Assembly (NCBI GenBank): GCA_964234715.1 | Contig: OZ174275.1 | Origin: Podarcis melisellensis | Taxonomy: Eukaryota | Direction: 5' to 3' (one strand) | Length of the DNA stretch: 64,000 nt | Shown here: positions 48,353 through 61,451 of the stretch, in pieces | Position numbering within the stretch: position 1 is the stretch's first letter | Layout: each line of letters starts with the position of its first letter | Notes under the pieces: model-generated | What the model was told of the DNA's origin: nothing | Database searches by the model: none | The model's input: only the letters and a program-made list of their open reading frames with translations | Made by a program: the position numbers and the translations under genes

Positions 48353-48746
48353 CGGGATGGGCCAAGCTGTCGTTTTCAGATTCTCTGTTTCTCATTTTGC
48401 CAATGTTAAGTTCAGGTCTCCTCATTTCCACATTCACATTTTGCAAAATTCACCAGCATTTCAGGATGAATTTCTCCTAACCTGTACATTTTTGTATGAA
48501 GCAATAATCCTTACTGTAATGCACGTCCTGTATTATTCTCACCAATGCATGTATTTTAACGCACGTTTTACGCAAATGTCTTCATTTTTGTACACATTTA
48601 CTTGGCTGGAGAACTACAATGAAAGTTTCGAGATGTGTGAATTTCAATGGACGGCTCTCTTTTGGTTTGCAGATTGTTTGGGAAATTGCAAATTAGGTAG
48701 GTTTGCCTTTAAATGTGGACTGAATCAAATTGTTCACCCATCCCTG
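48353..48746. mobile_element. AGGGATG-terminus MITE family copy
   Basis: Ends cgggatggg / cccatccctg; body colinear with 7939-8362. Confidence 0.7.
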
Positions 48747-51700
48747 ATCTCACATCACTTTCAACTTCTGGTGACTGTTCCTTTCTTCAGGGTGTATTTC
48801 TTTTCCCAATCTCAGTACTTCTTCAGATGCAAGAGTAAGCAGGCAGAAGAGAAAGTGCAACTGAATCCAGCTATTTGTTCCCCATACTTTTCTATCATTT
48901 CTGTTGTGACTTACACTCTCCATTGAGAATAGGATCTATAGCGGCAACTGAGGTGGCTCCCAATTTTGTTCTATGGGCATCAACTTATTCAGCCTGAGGA
49001 TCTGGATAAATAGCTTGGAGGATTGAAGCCAATCGTGTTGCTGGACTCGCATTATCTCCAGTCAGCATGGTGAATAGTCTCCCACAGCACCTGTGTCCAA
49101 GACATAAAACAGAATGGAGAAGCGTCTGCTAGCAGAGAGAGTTCTGTGTACCCCAGAACTGCTGATCTGGGATGCTGAGCCATAGTTTTAGTAGAATAAA
49201 TAAATAAGAAGAATAACCGATACATTCTGATTTTCAGCCCAATTTTAGACTGTGATAGCGCAGTTTCACTTAACAGTCTTTGCGGGTCTGAAGGAAAGCA
49301 GGCTGCACCTCCACAGCATTTAAGATTATTGAGAGAGTTAGATTTTGTACAGAGCAAATGAATTGGTTCTCCTTGAATGGCATGATTTAGAGAGTTTCTT
49401 GGATTAAGCTAAAGCAGCGGATCAGCCTGAGTCCTGTAAACATGGATTTCTAAATGCCTGGAACAAGTTATTTCCCGATCCCTCACTGACTTCTATCCAA
49501 GGATGTGGAGAAGATTGACAAACAGCAGGAGAAATAAAAGCCGGAGTTTAGGAGACTAGAAAGAAATCTTAGTGACGGCAGTAGGCTAGCCAACCTGGAA
49601 ATGCAGTAAAACCCATGTCTTTCATAGGGCAGTAGAAAGACGTGAACAGAAAACTGCAGGTAGAGGCATCCATAAACGATAGAAAACATAACTCCATGTT
49701 AGAAAAGCAAGCAATATGCTCTAAAACTGACTTTTAAACAAAAGTGCAACTATGGAGCTGACCCAAGGCTTTGACTTTTTGAAGTACTAAGCTCTTTGAT
49801 CTGACCCAGCATAACTTGTAAACACAGCATTATTTTTAAGTGCGCATCACACCATGTTCTTAGTGAAAATGAATATAGCCACAAAGATATGACAGAGTAA
49901 GTGCATTACAATTCTCTTTCAATGGACCAGAATGCCCAGTCACGACATCTAGGGATGAAAAAGAATGATTAGAAATGACCAGTGACAATCCCACAGACGA
50001 TCTTGGTGATGAAGTTGGAACATAAGGGTTGTGGCAGTCCTTAGGGACACAGGGTACCTTAAGTTGCGGAGGGCTTCGCAAATTGAGACAATGATCTTCA
50101 GCCTGGTTCATTTGTACATGTGCAGTCTGTACAGACTATCTACACGGAAGCAGCAGGTCCTCCAAATTGTCCATAATGATACTAAGATGGGGTGGTGGTG
50201 GGATATTAGTGACTTTTTTTTCTTTTCTTATTTCATTAGTTTCTCCTTTCACAGTCCTGCTTCATTCCTGCACATTGCCCTTTTGGAATTATTTACCTAT
50301 CTTAAAGATACTGCTTTTAAAACCCTCTTCTTCCTTGTTTTCTAAGAGCTATCCACTTGGTGAAGTTTTTATTAAAGATGATTAGCTGCATAACCCCCTG
50401 ATATGTATTGTGACAAAGACAAACATCTGTTATGAAGTCCTTCCTTGGCCTCTGGTTCTTGGATAGGATGCTGGACCTGATCTCTGTTTCATATCTTTAA
50501 GTTCCGTAAAGGACCACCGCCCCGCAAAAAAAAACCCCAACACCAGCTTTTAACAGTTCTAGGACATTCAGTCCAAACATATGTGGAATCACATGCTGTA
50601 TCGAATGCTGTACGGGGCTCCTGCCACAAAGGTGCCATTACAACCAAATAACTGGAATATCTCCTTATGTTCTGAATTACGCTCTTGTATCCCAGAAATA
50701 TACTACAAGACTTCCAAGCTGCAGTATGTTCTGCACATATGAATGCTTGCTTTGCAATTTAATAGCAATAACAGGCTCAGTAGAAGCAACAGAATCAAGG
50801 GAATTAGAGGAAATGCTCATTAAAACAAATTTAAAAGGTCTAATGATTAAAATATTGATTAATTAGCCAAACATTGATTAACAGTCACACATTATCAACT
50901 ACAAAGGTTCTAATTACTGCGCCATTATTCCAAAGATTGACCTGTACTCTCTTGTCAGTTAGGATGAAGAACAATTTTTATTAAGTGGGTAATTTGGATT
51001 TTTGACCTGTAAAATTTTAATAGGGAGTGCAGAGAGGGTGTCATGTGTGGTTTGGCATTTTAGTCATCAAGGGACCGATAGTTACTGTCTCTACTTAACC
51101 AAAGGCACAGGAGTGCAAAAGGGATGTGAATACTTAGGGATTAAAGCCCTAACAACTCCATAATCAGGAAAATATGGAGGCATATTTGCAACTGGTTAAA
51201 ATTCTCCTCCTGGAAACCAAGAGTAGTTTGGTTAGAAGTGCATGCTAGCAGAACGTGACAAGGGCTACCTGAATTCCTTTGGATGACAGAACATGCAACA
51301 TTAAACTTGTACACCAGCTTGCAATGCCAATTGCAGAGGCAGAGAAGGAAGCCACCAGCTGCAGTGGTTTTGTCCCATAGACATCACTGCGTCCTCCATT
51401 GTAAAGCTAAGGGGAAAGCCAGCAGGGCCTAAAATAACATTCCCCACAGCAATAGATTAATCTTACAGAAAGCAGGCACACAGTTTAAACCTTTTAAATG
51501 GGGGAGATTTATGGGTGCCCTGCATAATACTATCTTGCTGATTTCTATAACTGTCTATTTAAATCTGTTGATGTAGCATTTAAACCTTGCCTCACAAAGG
51601 AAGAGAGGCTAATACACACCCAGGGTTACGCTCTCCATATAACTGTCTGAAAAGTTGATGGTCTGGATTTACTCTTGATGAGATCAGCTCTCTGGCCAGC

Positions 51701-52599
51701 GCACAGATTTATAGGATGGAGGCAAATGAGCACAGGGGAGGAACAGGACCTTTTTGATCGCACATATGCTTGTCAGGCAAAACATACTCAAGACCTTTTC
51801 TTTTTCCTTTCCCCTGCCAAGCAAGTAAGAGCTAGGAAGTTGCTCACACAGTTCAATGGAAACATGACATCAGGAAGGGCGGTTCAGAAAAGACGCATTA
51901 GCCTGGCAAAGATCAACAGCTAAAGACTACGGAACAGGCTGAGGGGGGAAAAGGGTGCATGAAGACCGCCATTGCGGGGGAGCGAATCTTCTGGAGACTG
52001 AGCTATCTGGGACTGTGAAGAAATGGCCAGATTATACCAACCGTAGCTTGAACAGGAAGAGAAAAAAGTGCTGGTGCAATGCCAACCTCTGAAATTCCCT
52101 ACACACTACCTACTTGTGAATAGCGATGAAGTTACAGCTTGACACACAGAGCAGCTGTGCTGAATGGGTCCAATGCCAACAGAAAAAGTCAGCACCACAA
52201 CCTGTTCTTGGCCTTTTCTCTCAGTGCTGCTCGTTACAAGCAAAAAGCTGCTACCTTTCCATGGTAGCAAAGTGTGTGCATGCGTCTTAAAACAGAAAAC
52301 GTTTTTTCTTCTTTGTTTTACACTGGTTTCCCCCCCGCAAAAAAATCCCTGGGGATTTAAATTGCCATTTTTCAAAAGCTTTAGCAAGAACGTCTGAAGT
52401 TCCAGATACAAACAAGTCCTCATTTATGGCAGAACTGCACTTCATCCAGTATCCTTCCGTTTGCTAAGGAACCGCACCTGAGTTTCTTCCCGTGAAAAGG
52501 ATGGTTGCTTCAAATGTTACTATTCTCTCCAAAAATGGCTTGCCCTTGGGAGCCCTCCAGATTCAATGTCTGCAAATAACTTCAGCTTGATTGCATAGC

Positions 52600-52835
52600 T
52601 TGGTCTCAGGGCAGTTCACAGGATAAAACCAGAATGTAAAACCACAAAATACATAACCAAAATAAAAACAAAAACAAAAACAACCCAACCCCCAAACACC
52701 CCAATAACACCCCCCTCAATACATTTTAAAAGGGCATAGACTGTCAATCAACCAAAGGCCTGTTTAAAGAGGAACGTTTTTGACTGTTGCCTAAAGGTGC
52801 ACAATGAAGGCGCCAGGCGAACCTCCATAGGAGAG
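52600..52835 (-). mobile_element. Old L2 3' fragment
   Basis: A-rich reverse tail followed by gcctaaaggtgcacaatgaaggcgccaggcgaacctccataggagag, typical of a reverse-strand L2 3' end. Confidence 0.55.
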
Positions 52836-53024
52836 GTTCATCTAGTTCAGCATCTCGTTCTCGCAATGGCCAACCAGATGGAGTGGGAGAGAGATCACAG
52901 AAATCAGGATCTCCTTTTGGGTGCCTTCCCCTATTCGTGTTATATGCTATGCATGGAGAGAAGGGTGCACACCTCTTCCCTATAAGTCTGCTGCTTTGGA
53001 ATACTAGAGTGTCTTAACTGAGAG

Positions 53025-53026
<2 letters not shown>

Positions 53027-53064
<38 letters not shown>
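53027..53064. repeat. (GT)19 microsatellite
   Basis: Perfect run. Confidence 0.97.
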
Positions 53065-53066
<2 letters not shown>

Positions 53067-54201
53067 AGTTTTATTGATTTTCAGTATATAAATACAATTA
53101 CAAAAAGTCATGAAAGTACCAGATGAGACTCATGTTGACCCACAATATGGCTTATTTCCATAAATGCGCTTTGCTAGAAGGGCTGTGCATAGTCACATGC
53201 CCACCACATGTAGAATGTTGTACCTATCCTGTTGCAGCCTCTCCAGCAGAGGGGTGGGAGTGTTTTGTTGATATACCTACATTGTATGAGAATGAGGTGG
53301 TTGTAGTAGTTGTTGTTTTTTAAGGTATAAATGACTGCAAGGTTAAAAAGAAAACAAATGTGCATTTCTCTCAGACTGGATAGCTTGATAAAAACAGAGA
53401 AGAAAGTACACAATGAATGGCAGCCTTATTTTGGAGCTGTAGTAGCTGCCTTGCAGCGTGCTGAGCAGCCCATCACACCAACGCACAGCCTTTCCGGAAG
53501 CTAATAAGGGACGAGTGTGGGCATCCTTTTCCTCTTCCTCGCCCACTGCTGTTACAGGCAAAGTTGCTGTGCAGCTAGCGCAAGGAAACACACACAGATA
53601 CCGTGCAGTCCTCAACAAACCTCTTAACCTGGTGGAAAATTAGTGTATTCAAGGAACCTCTCATTGCTCCAGCACGCCTGAAACCTGAAGAATGGGCTAC
53701 ATGACAACATGTTATTCTTGCAATACAGGCAGAAGTCTGGAAAGACACAAAAAGGATAGCCACCATTCTTTCCACTAGTTTCTGTTTTTCGACACAATTG
53801 GTTTATTTTATCTCCTTCCTTTTGTTTCACGGAATAAGGACAATTTTAGTTCTCTTTATCTGGCTAGGCTAAAGTCATAATGTTATTTCAGTGTATGGAA
53901 TACACACACACACATACATATGATAGATGGGTGATTACTCGACAACGCTGGATAAGACAGATATTTATGGAAAGAGATCGTATTATTTTTGGCTGAATAG
54001 CAGGGCTAGATAGCAACTGCTTTGCGTTACAAATGTGAATGTGAATTTTTTGGTAAACCTCCCTGCATTAAAAATGAATTAACTGTGTGATTATTAATTG
54101 TGCATATTCCAATCCCTTTGTGCTCTACCGCATGTTTCCTGAATCTCATTTGAATCCTTTGGCTAAGTAATGTGTCAAGGGGGGTACTAGCCTGAATGCC
54201 T

Positions 54202-54509
54202 NNNNNNNNNNNNNNNNNNNNNNNNNNNNNNNNNNNNNNNNNNNNNNNNNNNNNNNNNNNNNNNNNNNNNNNNNNNNNNNNNNNNNNNNNNNNNNNNNNN
54301 NNNNNNNNNNNNNNNNNNNNNNNNNNNNNNNNNNNNNNNNNNNNNNNNNNNNNNNNNNNNNNNNNNNNNNNNNNNNNNNNNNNNNNNNNNNNNNNNNNNN
54401 NNNNNNNNNNNNNNNNNNNNNNNNNNNNNNNNNNNNNNNNNNNNNNNNNNNNNNNNNNNNNNNNNNNNNNNNNNNNNNNNNNNNNNNNNNNNNNNNNNNN
54501 NNNNNNNNN
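54202..54509. other. Assembly gap (308 N)
   Basis: Run of N. Confidence 1.
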
Positions 54510-55624
54510 TATGTTCTCTGAAACCCTTTTTTGTTCTTCTCCACAGTATCAAAAAAAAAAAAAAAAGTGCCACAGAAGAAGCGACAACATTAAATATTCC
54601 AGTTTTTAATAGGAATCAAGGTAGCTTTTCTGGTTTAAGGCATAAAAAATGATATACATTATTTTTTTCCTAAATATATTCATGCCTTTGACTAACAAAA
54701 AGAAATCTCCAGATGTAATAGGAGGATGTTTTTAATCTTTTTTTGTGAGGAGGGATTTGCAAAGCCGCTACTCAAGTACAATATCTAGTGGCAAAGTCTA
54801 TATCAGCGAGAGGTGTATATATTTGTATAAAACCTTTGGGCTATCGTCAGCTTTGAGATACAAGTGAGATATCACAATCCATGTCATTAAACTATAATGA
54901 GGCAGTATTAAGAAAAAAACATTAACAATATCCATGGAAGTAAATCATTGACAAAGTAATCCAGTATTTCAAGAAGCCATTACACGCACGCATGTATGTA
55001 CCTATTTACTTACACACCTGCCATTTCATAGACCCTCATTTAGCTATAACTTTACAAGTCAAACAGTGTTTTCAAATTGAATGGGGCATTTCAATCAAAA
55101 GCTACTGCTTTATTAGCACAAAAGGAAAAGATGTAGGGGATTCTTGATGGTTGGCTGCTGGTTCAGCAATGTTTACCCTTTGGAGAAAGCACCATCAAAA
55201 TGTAGCCTGGGCATTTTCCATATGCACTTTGATATTTTTATTTAAGCAGGATTTCTGGTTTTGGGGAGCCCGCTGTAAAAGAAAAATGAATATTGGGTCA
55301 CATTTATTCATATATTGCAGTTCCATAATTATTGGCATAAAATGGCATCATGTTCCCTACCAGGAAGCACATATCTAAGCCTCCACATGCCTAGGTTTGT
55401 GCTGTAAATAACAGAACCACTGAAAGCCAATGAGATGTGTTTAAAGCACTGGCTCAGGGAATGGTCACAGAGCATGTGACTAGCGTACAGCAGACCCCCA
55501 GATTCAATCCACAGCATATCCAGCTGAAAACTTCAGCCTTTCCCAGGGAGGGTAGACAGCACAGGGCTACAAATGGACCCATAATCTGGGTTGTTATAAG
55601 GAAGCTGTGCTTCCTGTGTTTACA

Positions 55625-55785
55625 TAGCCTGGGTTCACATCCCTGTTAAGCTATGGGACTAAGTTGCCTGTCACTACTTCTCAATCTAACCTGCCTCACA
55701 GGGTTGTTAAGAGGATGGAATTGTGTGGGAGGGATAACCATGTGTGCTGCTCCGACATCCCTTGAGGAAGTGTGAGACAGATATG
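55625..55785 (+). mobile_element. Old MIR/CORE-like SINE
   Basis: cctgggttcacatccc B-box followed by ctcaatctaacctgcctcacagggttgttaagaggat CORE-like segment. Confidence 0.55.
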
Positions 55786-55914
55786 CAATTATTCCTGTAA
55801 AGGACTACTTCTAACCATCACTCTTTTGGTATGTGCTGCGCATGCTGATTTCTGATGGCAGTTGTTATGAAAGCCAACATCATGCACAGGATTCTGGCAG
55901 GAGTTTCTGTGTGC

Positions 55915-56083
55915 CAGTGGCATAGCGTGGCTTGTCAGCACCCAGGGCAAGGCAAGTAATTTGCGCCCCCTAACCTGTGGATTTGCACCCCCTAACCTGT
56001 GGATTTGCGCCCCCTAACCCTAACCCCCAGATGTTGTGCCCGGTGCGGCCGGCCCCCCCTGCACCCCCCACGCTACGCCACTG
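55915..56083. mobile_element. hAT MITE with internal 22-bp minisatellite
   Basis: TIRs cagtggcatagcgtgg / ccacgctacgccactg (15/16), perfect 8-bp TSD ctgtgtgc, internal (atttgcgccccctaacctgtgg) about 2.7 copies. Confidence 0.9.
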
Positions 56084-56110
56084 CTGTGTGCCACTGTGAG
56101 TCCTTGGAAC

Positions 56111-56544
56111 CAGTGCCAGAATTACGTATAAGCTAAACAAGCTATAGCTTGGGGCCCCACTCTCTTGGGGCCCAAAAAAAAATTTAAAGGGGAAAAAACT
56201 GGATGTACATTTCCAAAATATAAGATAAAAAAACAAATAAAATAAAACCTGCATACAGCAACAGTGTTTTGTGTTGTGTAGGCTCCTATGATGTAAGTAA
56301 TGGGCCCTGCCTGCTAGCCTGCTCCCTAAAATATCACTGGTTTGCTCATTTCTATATATAGGGTGCCTACATTCTGCATGTGCAAGTGGCTTTAGATACC
56401 TATTAGGTCCATAAATTACCATATAGCATATATTCAACACAAAAAAACAGTGACAATTTATTGTTGACAAAGGACAGCTGAACATATAAAGGGCCCCATT
56501 ACCTTCAGTAGCTTATGGCCTCATCAAACCTAAATCCGGCCCTG
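56111..56544. mobile_element. hAT MITE
   Basis: TIRs cagtgccagaatta / taaatccggccctg and perfect 8-bp TSD cttggaac (56103-56110, 56545-56552). Confidence 0.9.
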
Positions 56545-56696
56545 CTTGGAACATGTCTCATGCCACAATGTATGAAAAGTGGACAGCCCCTCTGTGTGTG
56601 ATGCACCTATCACCATGCAGCAGTGTGCATAGCAGAACCTGGGGTGGTTCCCCTAGGTTGCTGGGTTTACCAGGTTCCAGTCCTAAGAATAGGGTC

Positions 56697-56795
56697 AGAA
56701 CATAAGAAGACCCTTACTAGGCAGGCCAGTGGCCCATCTAGTCCAACATCCTCTTCTCACAGATGGCTATGGGAAGCCCACAAACAGGCCCCAAA
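56697..56795 (-). mobile_element. CR1 3' end fragment
   Basis: agaacataagaaga…caggccagtggcccatctagtccaacatcctcttctcacag; same family as 13126. Confidence 0.7.
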
Positions 56796-59700
56796 GACAA
56801 CACCACTCTCCCTTGAGGATGTGGGAGCATAAGGATGCCTTATATGAGCTGGCTATCTGTTAAAGAGAAAAAGCTTTCCTGGATTTTTTAACACTTTAAC
56901 CTCGAAATGTTTCAAGGGCAGGTGTAACAAAGTTCCTGTAAATAACAGAAACTGCCCATCATGAACAGATGGACTTGGTGTCACAAGTTTTTTTAAAATG
57001 CAGGGGTAGTATTTTTAATCAGGTGACAAAATAAATTCTGATCTACTTCATTACACAATCCTTCCTCTGCTGCTATTTTCATTGCAGAGCTCTAATTACT
57101 AAGCAAGGTGCAACAATTGCTTAGACAATTGATTGTTGCTTTTCTAGTTTCTCTTTTTTAATGGTCTTAAATATTTTACATTCTGCAGTTTTCTATCTGT
57201 GGTTAGTGGACCATAAATACCCTACATATTTGTAGTTGTCTTCATGTCAGGAGTGGTCATGCAAGTTGGGTCACTCTGCTGCAGCCATTTCCCCAAATCT
57301 GCAGAGAAAATTCAGAATAAATCATTATTTAGAAGCAAGGTGGCCAACACTCCCTTCCTTACAACTATATACTCCTGGTATTGTTTTCATCTCAAAGAGG
57401 TCATTTACCATACGTTCAAATGAGGCAAACTATGTGCAGTGCAGGGTTATATTTTCAAGGGACCCACTCAAGGCAACTCTCTGGGAATAGTATCATTACA
57501 AAATGAGTTTCGAGAGCTTAGAAAATCCACCTGGTGTGTAAGCTCTGTTGCACTTGCATGAACCCAGAGAGAGCTTAATTAAAGTCTTTCTGATGCTTAG
57601 AGATAAAACAGACACACCAATCCTTGCTCTTTGGGGCTCTTAAAAGGAGTCTTTTGAAGCTTCCCTCATTGCTGTCTCTGTCATGCTGAAGGCTTCGATT
57701 ATACACAAACACACACACAGAGCTTCTTCATTAAAAAAAAAAGTGCACTTCCACAGTGCAGAATGAAACAGTGACAGGTACCGTGAAACCTCAGCACCCT
57801 TTTAGCCTCCATCTTAGGAGCAGTTAGCAGTACAATCTTTGATTTGCCCTTTACTGCTGCCTAATGGGTAAAAGGCAGTGACATCTCAAATCTAAAGCAC
57901 ACAAAGCGTTGAAGGACTTGTGCACGTACAGCATAGAGGAGTCTCCAAACCGCTATCAAAAGCGGAAAATTATAAAGGAGGGAGACTGAGAGAGACTCTG
58001 CTGCCAACAAAGAATAGTGTCCTGTCAATAAACAGGACTGACAATGATGCCAGACTGTCCGGGTCCAAATCCTGACTTTACAGCCAAGGCCTACTGAGCG
58101 CCCAGTGCTCTCGGTGCTCATCTAGGTGAGCACCGGGCACTCAGGACCTCACCAGATTGATCCTTTTCCTATTAAAGTCAATGCTGAATATATTTATGCA
58201 GCACCTCCTGATATAATATGCTGGCTGACACATCCTCAGTATTTATACATTGTGCGAGTATTGCAGCAGGTATTGCAATATAGATTACTTTCCAAGAAGA
58301 TGCAGAATTGTAGTGAGGAACAACCTACATGGTTGGTCCCAGGATTTTTTATGTGCGCTTCTATCTCAGTTTAAGCATATAGCTCAGCCCGCATTTCACT
58401 TTGCATTTCCTTCATGGGTTTTTCAGAATCTTTTATGCATGTGAGATTGGAAATAAATTAATGTTGCCAGTTTACAGTACATTTCTGTCATAGTGTTTGC
58501 AGAAAGAAGGGCAGAGGGACAGAAATGAATCTGTATAAAGAAGGCTCATTAAGAGAGAGATAGGATAGCTATGCAAGCTCCGTTTAAATATTATGTAAAC
58601 AATATTACTTTAGTGACAAAGTCAAAGTGTGGAGAGGCAACCCTCCAGCAACTTGCTATAATTCTATGTCCAGTGGATTCCTCACCCCAACACGAACTTG
58701 CTGCTTCTTCACATCCACTCTGCCTATTTTTCCATCATCTGTATCTATACTTTTATCAGTATTATTTCATTGTATCAGTGCATTAGAGATGGCAAACAGA
58801 ACGAGTAGGATGCTCAAATCTATTAAATCCTACTCTGTGGAATACCAGCAATCAAGAATATATCCCAAGATACTGTAAAGCAAAACCATTTCAAGCTGCT
58901 TCTTCAGTGTCACCAATGAGAGAGTTGTATTCCACAATGAGCTTGATAGTTGCTCCATTTGCTTACCAGTGAAAATTAAAGCCTAAACAATCAGGTTCTT
59001 GCCAAACAGTTTTCTAGTGGTCAGGAAATCCAAATTGCAACTTAATAATGGAAGGAATGTGCTGTGATACAGCACACAAAGGCTGAAATCTAGATCAAGC
59101 TTACATGGTAAGCAGGGGAGACTAGCTTCATGTGGTTCCAAGAGGGGTGTCCATGCAATAGTTTCTTAAAGACAAGGCTGCTCTTTCTCTTATGGTCTGC
59201 AGCATAGCATAGTAAGAAGATATTAGCTACAGGGCCATGACACCTTCATCAGATTGCCAAATGAAGAATAGTCTATGATCTGTGAATTCCTTGCATGGTT
59301 AGGAAGTTGTGTGGAAACGCACCACCTCGGTTTTGGTGTCTGGGTGTCTGGATCCCTATTCAGACAATCTCAATACGCAGAAGGTACATACAGAGAAGCA
59401 GTGGGGAAACAACATTGCTAGCCCTACCTTGATGCCATGCATGGCCCTGGGGCAGGTGCCTACCCTGGGAAACCTTCACACCAGCAGCGGCTCACATGTA
59501 AGCCTTCAGCACAATTGGGGTCCCTGCATGATTATGGATCCCAACAGTGGCGGACTTTGGGCTTTCAAATTACAGTGGAGCCCTGTGCAATGCCAAAATT
59601 CAGTGCCCTCCTTGTGTTCTTACCTTCTGTTCTACATCATTGTTGCAGTGTCCCCTGTTGCGCTCTCTGGGCTCAGTGCCCAGTGCAGAAGAACCAGTTG

Positions 59701-60569
59701 CGCTCCCCTAAATCTGCCTCTGATCCCAACCATGTGGAATCCTGCACATGTGCTGCTCTCCAGGGAATGGTACCAGTGCCACCCATGATGTCTTTTGGGA
59801 ACAGCAGCGCAGCCCAACTGCCTCCTATTCTACACTTAGGAGAACTACATTTAGGAGAAGCTGAACAGACTCAGGCTGTAGCCAGGATCTATTTGATCCA
59901 CATGGCACAATGTGTTTTTGTGAGCAGTGGGCCCAGTTCAGATATTTATTATGGTATCCACAGGGAAAGGGGTGCAAGCTCTTCTTCAGTACACACATAA
60001 AAGGATACAGGTGCTCCACCGAGAACCCTATGCACAATTCTTTTACATAAAAATGATGGGAGCAGACCTTGGAATCAGGTTTTACGCATATTGTTTTCTA
60101 TGCAGAGTATATTGCCTCAGCTGTTGCATGGAGGAGGGGAGATGCTTCATCACTGCATGAAGACAGTCATTATCAGACCCTGGCCCATATCCAAACAAGT
60201 GTTTCTTATTCAGCCTTGAATCTCAATGAGTGAGCTTGTGCCAGCCACAGGCTCTCTATCTTAACCTCCATGAAGACAGTGCCCTGAGTTTCCTGCTAGA
60301 CCAGCAGGATAGAAATTTGCGGGGGGGGGGGGACTGGATAATTCCAAGGAAGACAGAAGTTGTCTCTCCATTTCAGTATTGTCTCGGTTAGTGAAAGGAC
60401 TTTGATATGGGGAGGCAACTGACAGAAATGGATCCTTGATAGGTGCAGCAGACGGTGAGCATTGAACTATCAAAGAAGGAAGATCTATAGAAACAATAGT
60501 TTGGAAATATGCAGATTTCAGTTGACAGAAATAACTTTATAGGGGAAGGGTAGTAGTGGATAGATAGAG

Positions 60570-61075
60570 CTTCTCCAGGTAGGGCTTGGCAGGACTCTTG
60601 CCTGAAATCCTGGACAGCTGCTGCTGCTGCCAGTCATTGTAGTTAATACTGAGTTAAGGTAAAGAGACCCCTGACCATTAGGTCCAGTCGTGACCAACTC
60701 TGGGGTTGCGGCGCTCATCTCGCTTTATTGGCTGAGGGAGCCGGCGTACAGCTTCCAGGTCATGTGGCCAGCATGACTAAGCCGCTTCTGGCGAACCAGA
60801 GAAGCGCACGGAAACGCCATTTACCTTCCCGCCAGAGCGGTACCTATTTATCTACTTGCACTTTGACGTGCTTTCGAACTGCTAGGTTGGCAGGAGCAGG
60901 GACCGAGCAACGGGAGCTCACCCCGTCACTGGGATTTGAATCGCCAACCTTCTGATCGGCAAGTCCTAGGCTCTGTGGTTTAACCCACAGTGCCACCTGC
61001 GTCCCTAATACTGAGTTAGATGGGCCAGTATTCTGACTCCATATCATTATCAGTATAAGGCAGTTTCCTATGTTT
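60570..61075 (+). mobile_element. Squam3-like SINE body split by a Sauria SINE
   Basis: ctccaggtagggc…cctgaaatcctggacagctgctgccagtc…taatactgagtta [insert] gatgggccagt…gtataaggcagtttcctatgtt. Confidence 0.7.
60657..61005 (-). mobile_element. Sauria SINE (Squam1/POM-type), full length
   Basis: Head GGGACGCAGGTGGCACTGTGGGTTAAACCACAGAGCCTAGG on the minus strand, Bov-B-like tail ending TTTACCT, perfect 13-bp TSD taatactgagtta (60644-60656, 61006-61018). Confidence 0.95.
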
Positions 61076-61383
61076 CAGAGTGCCTAATTCCTCTAGATTT
61101 CCCAATGTTTATACGAGCAGAATGTGTAATTGTAGAGATTTTTCACATAACAACAGTAAAGAAACTGATAATGATTATAATAATAAATCACTATTTGTGC
61201 CATTAAGGGTGTATTCACATGATTTAACAATTTAATGCATGTTATCCTTTTTATCAGAGGCTCCTAAATAAAGCTTGTCTTGACATTAAAGGACCTAATA
61301 ACCAGAACTAAATTAAGTTATATCCAATAAAGCACACTGATTTGCTGTGTCATACAATTACAAAATCCCTCTTTGTGTACAGA

Positions 61384-61402
61384 GTGTGTGTGTGTGTGTG
61401 TA

Positions 61403-61449
<47 letters not shown>
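61384..61449. repeat. Compound (GT)n(TA)n microsatellite
   Basis: Dinucleotide runs. Confidence 0.97.

Positions 61450-61451
<2 letters not shown>

Noticed and set aside
48357-48926. 189-aa ORF
   Set aside because: It runs through an AT-rich MITE, with Phe-rich low-complexity composition.
57879-57986. Protein-like stretch HLKSKAHKALKDLCTYSIEESPNRYQKRKIIKEGD
   Set aside because: It is immediately preceded by an in-frame stop and has no credible splice acceptor.
59309-60000. Overlapping 159-aa and 187-aa ORFs
   Set aside because: Several frames are open in GC-rich, probably TE-derived DNA, with no domain motifs or exon structure.
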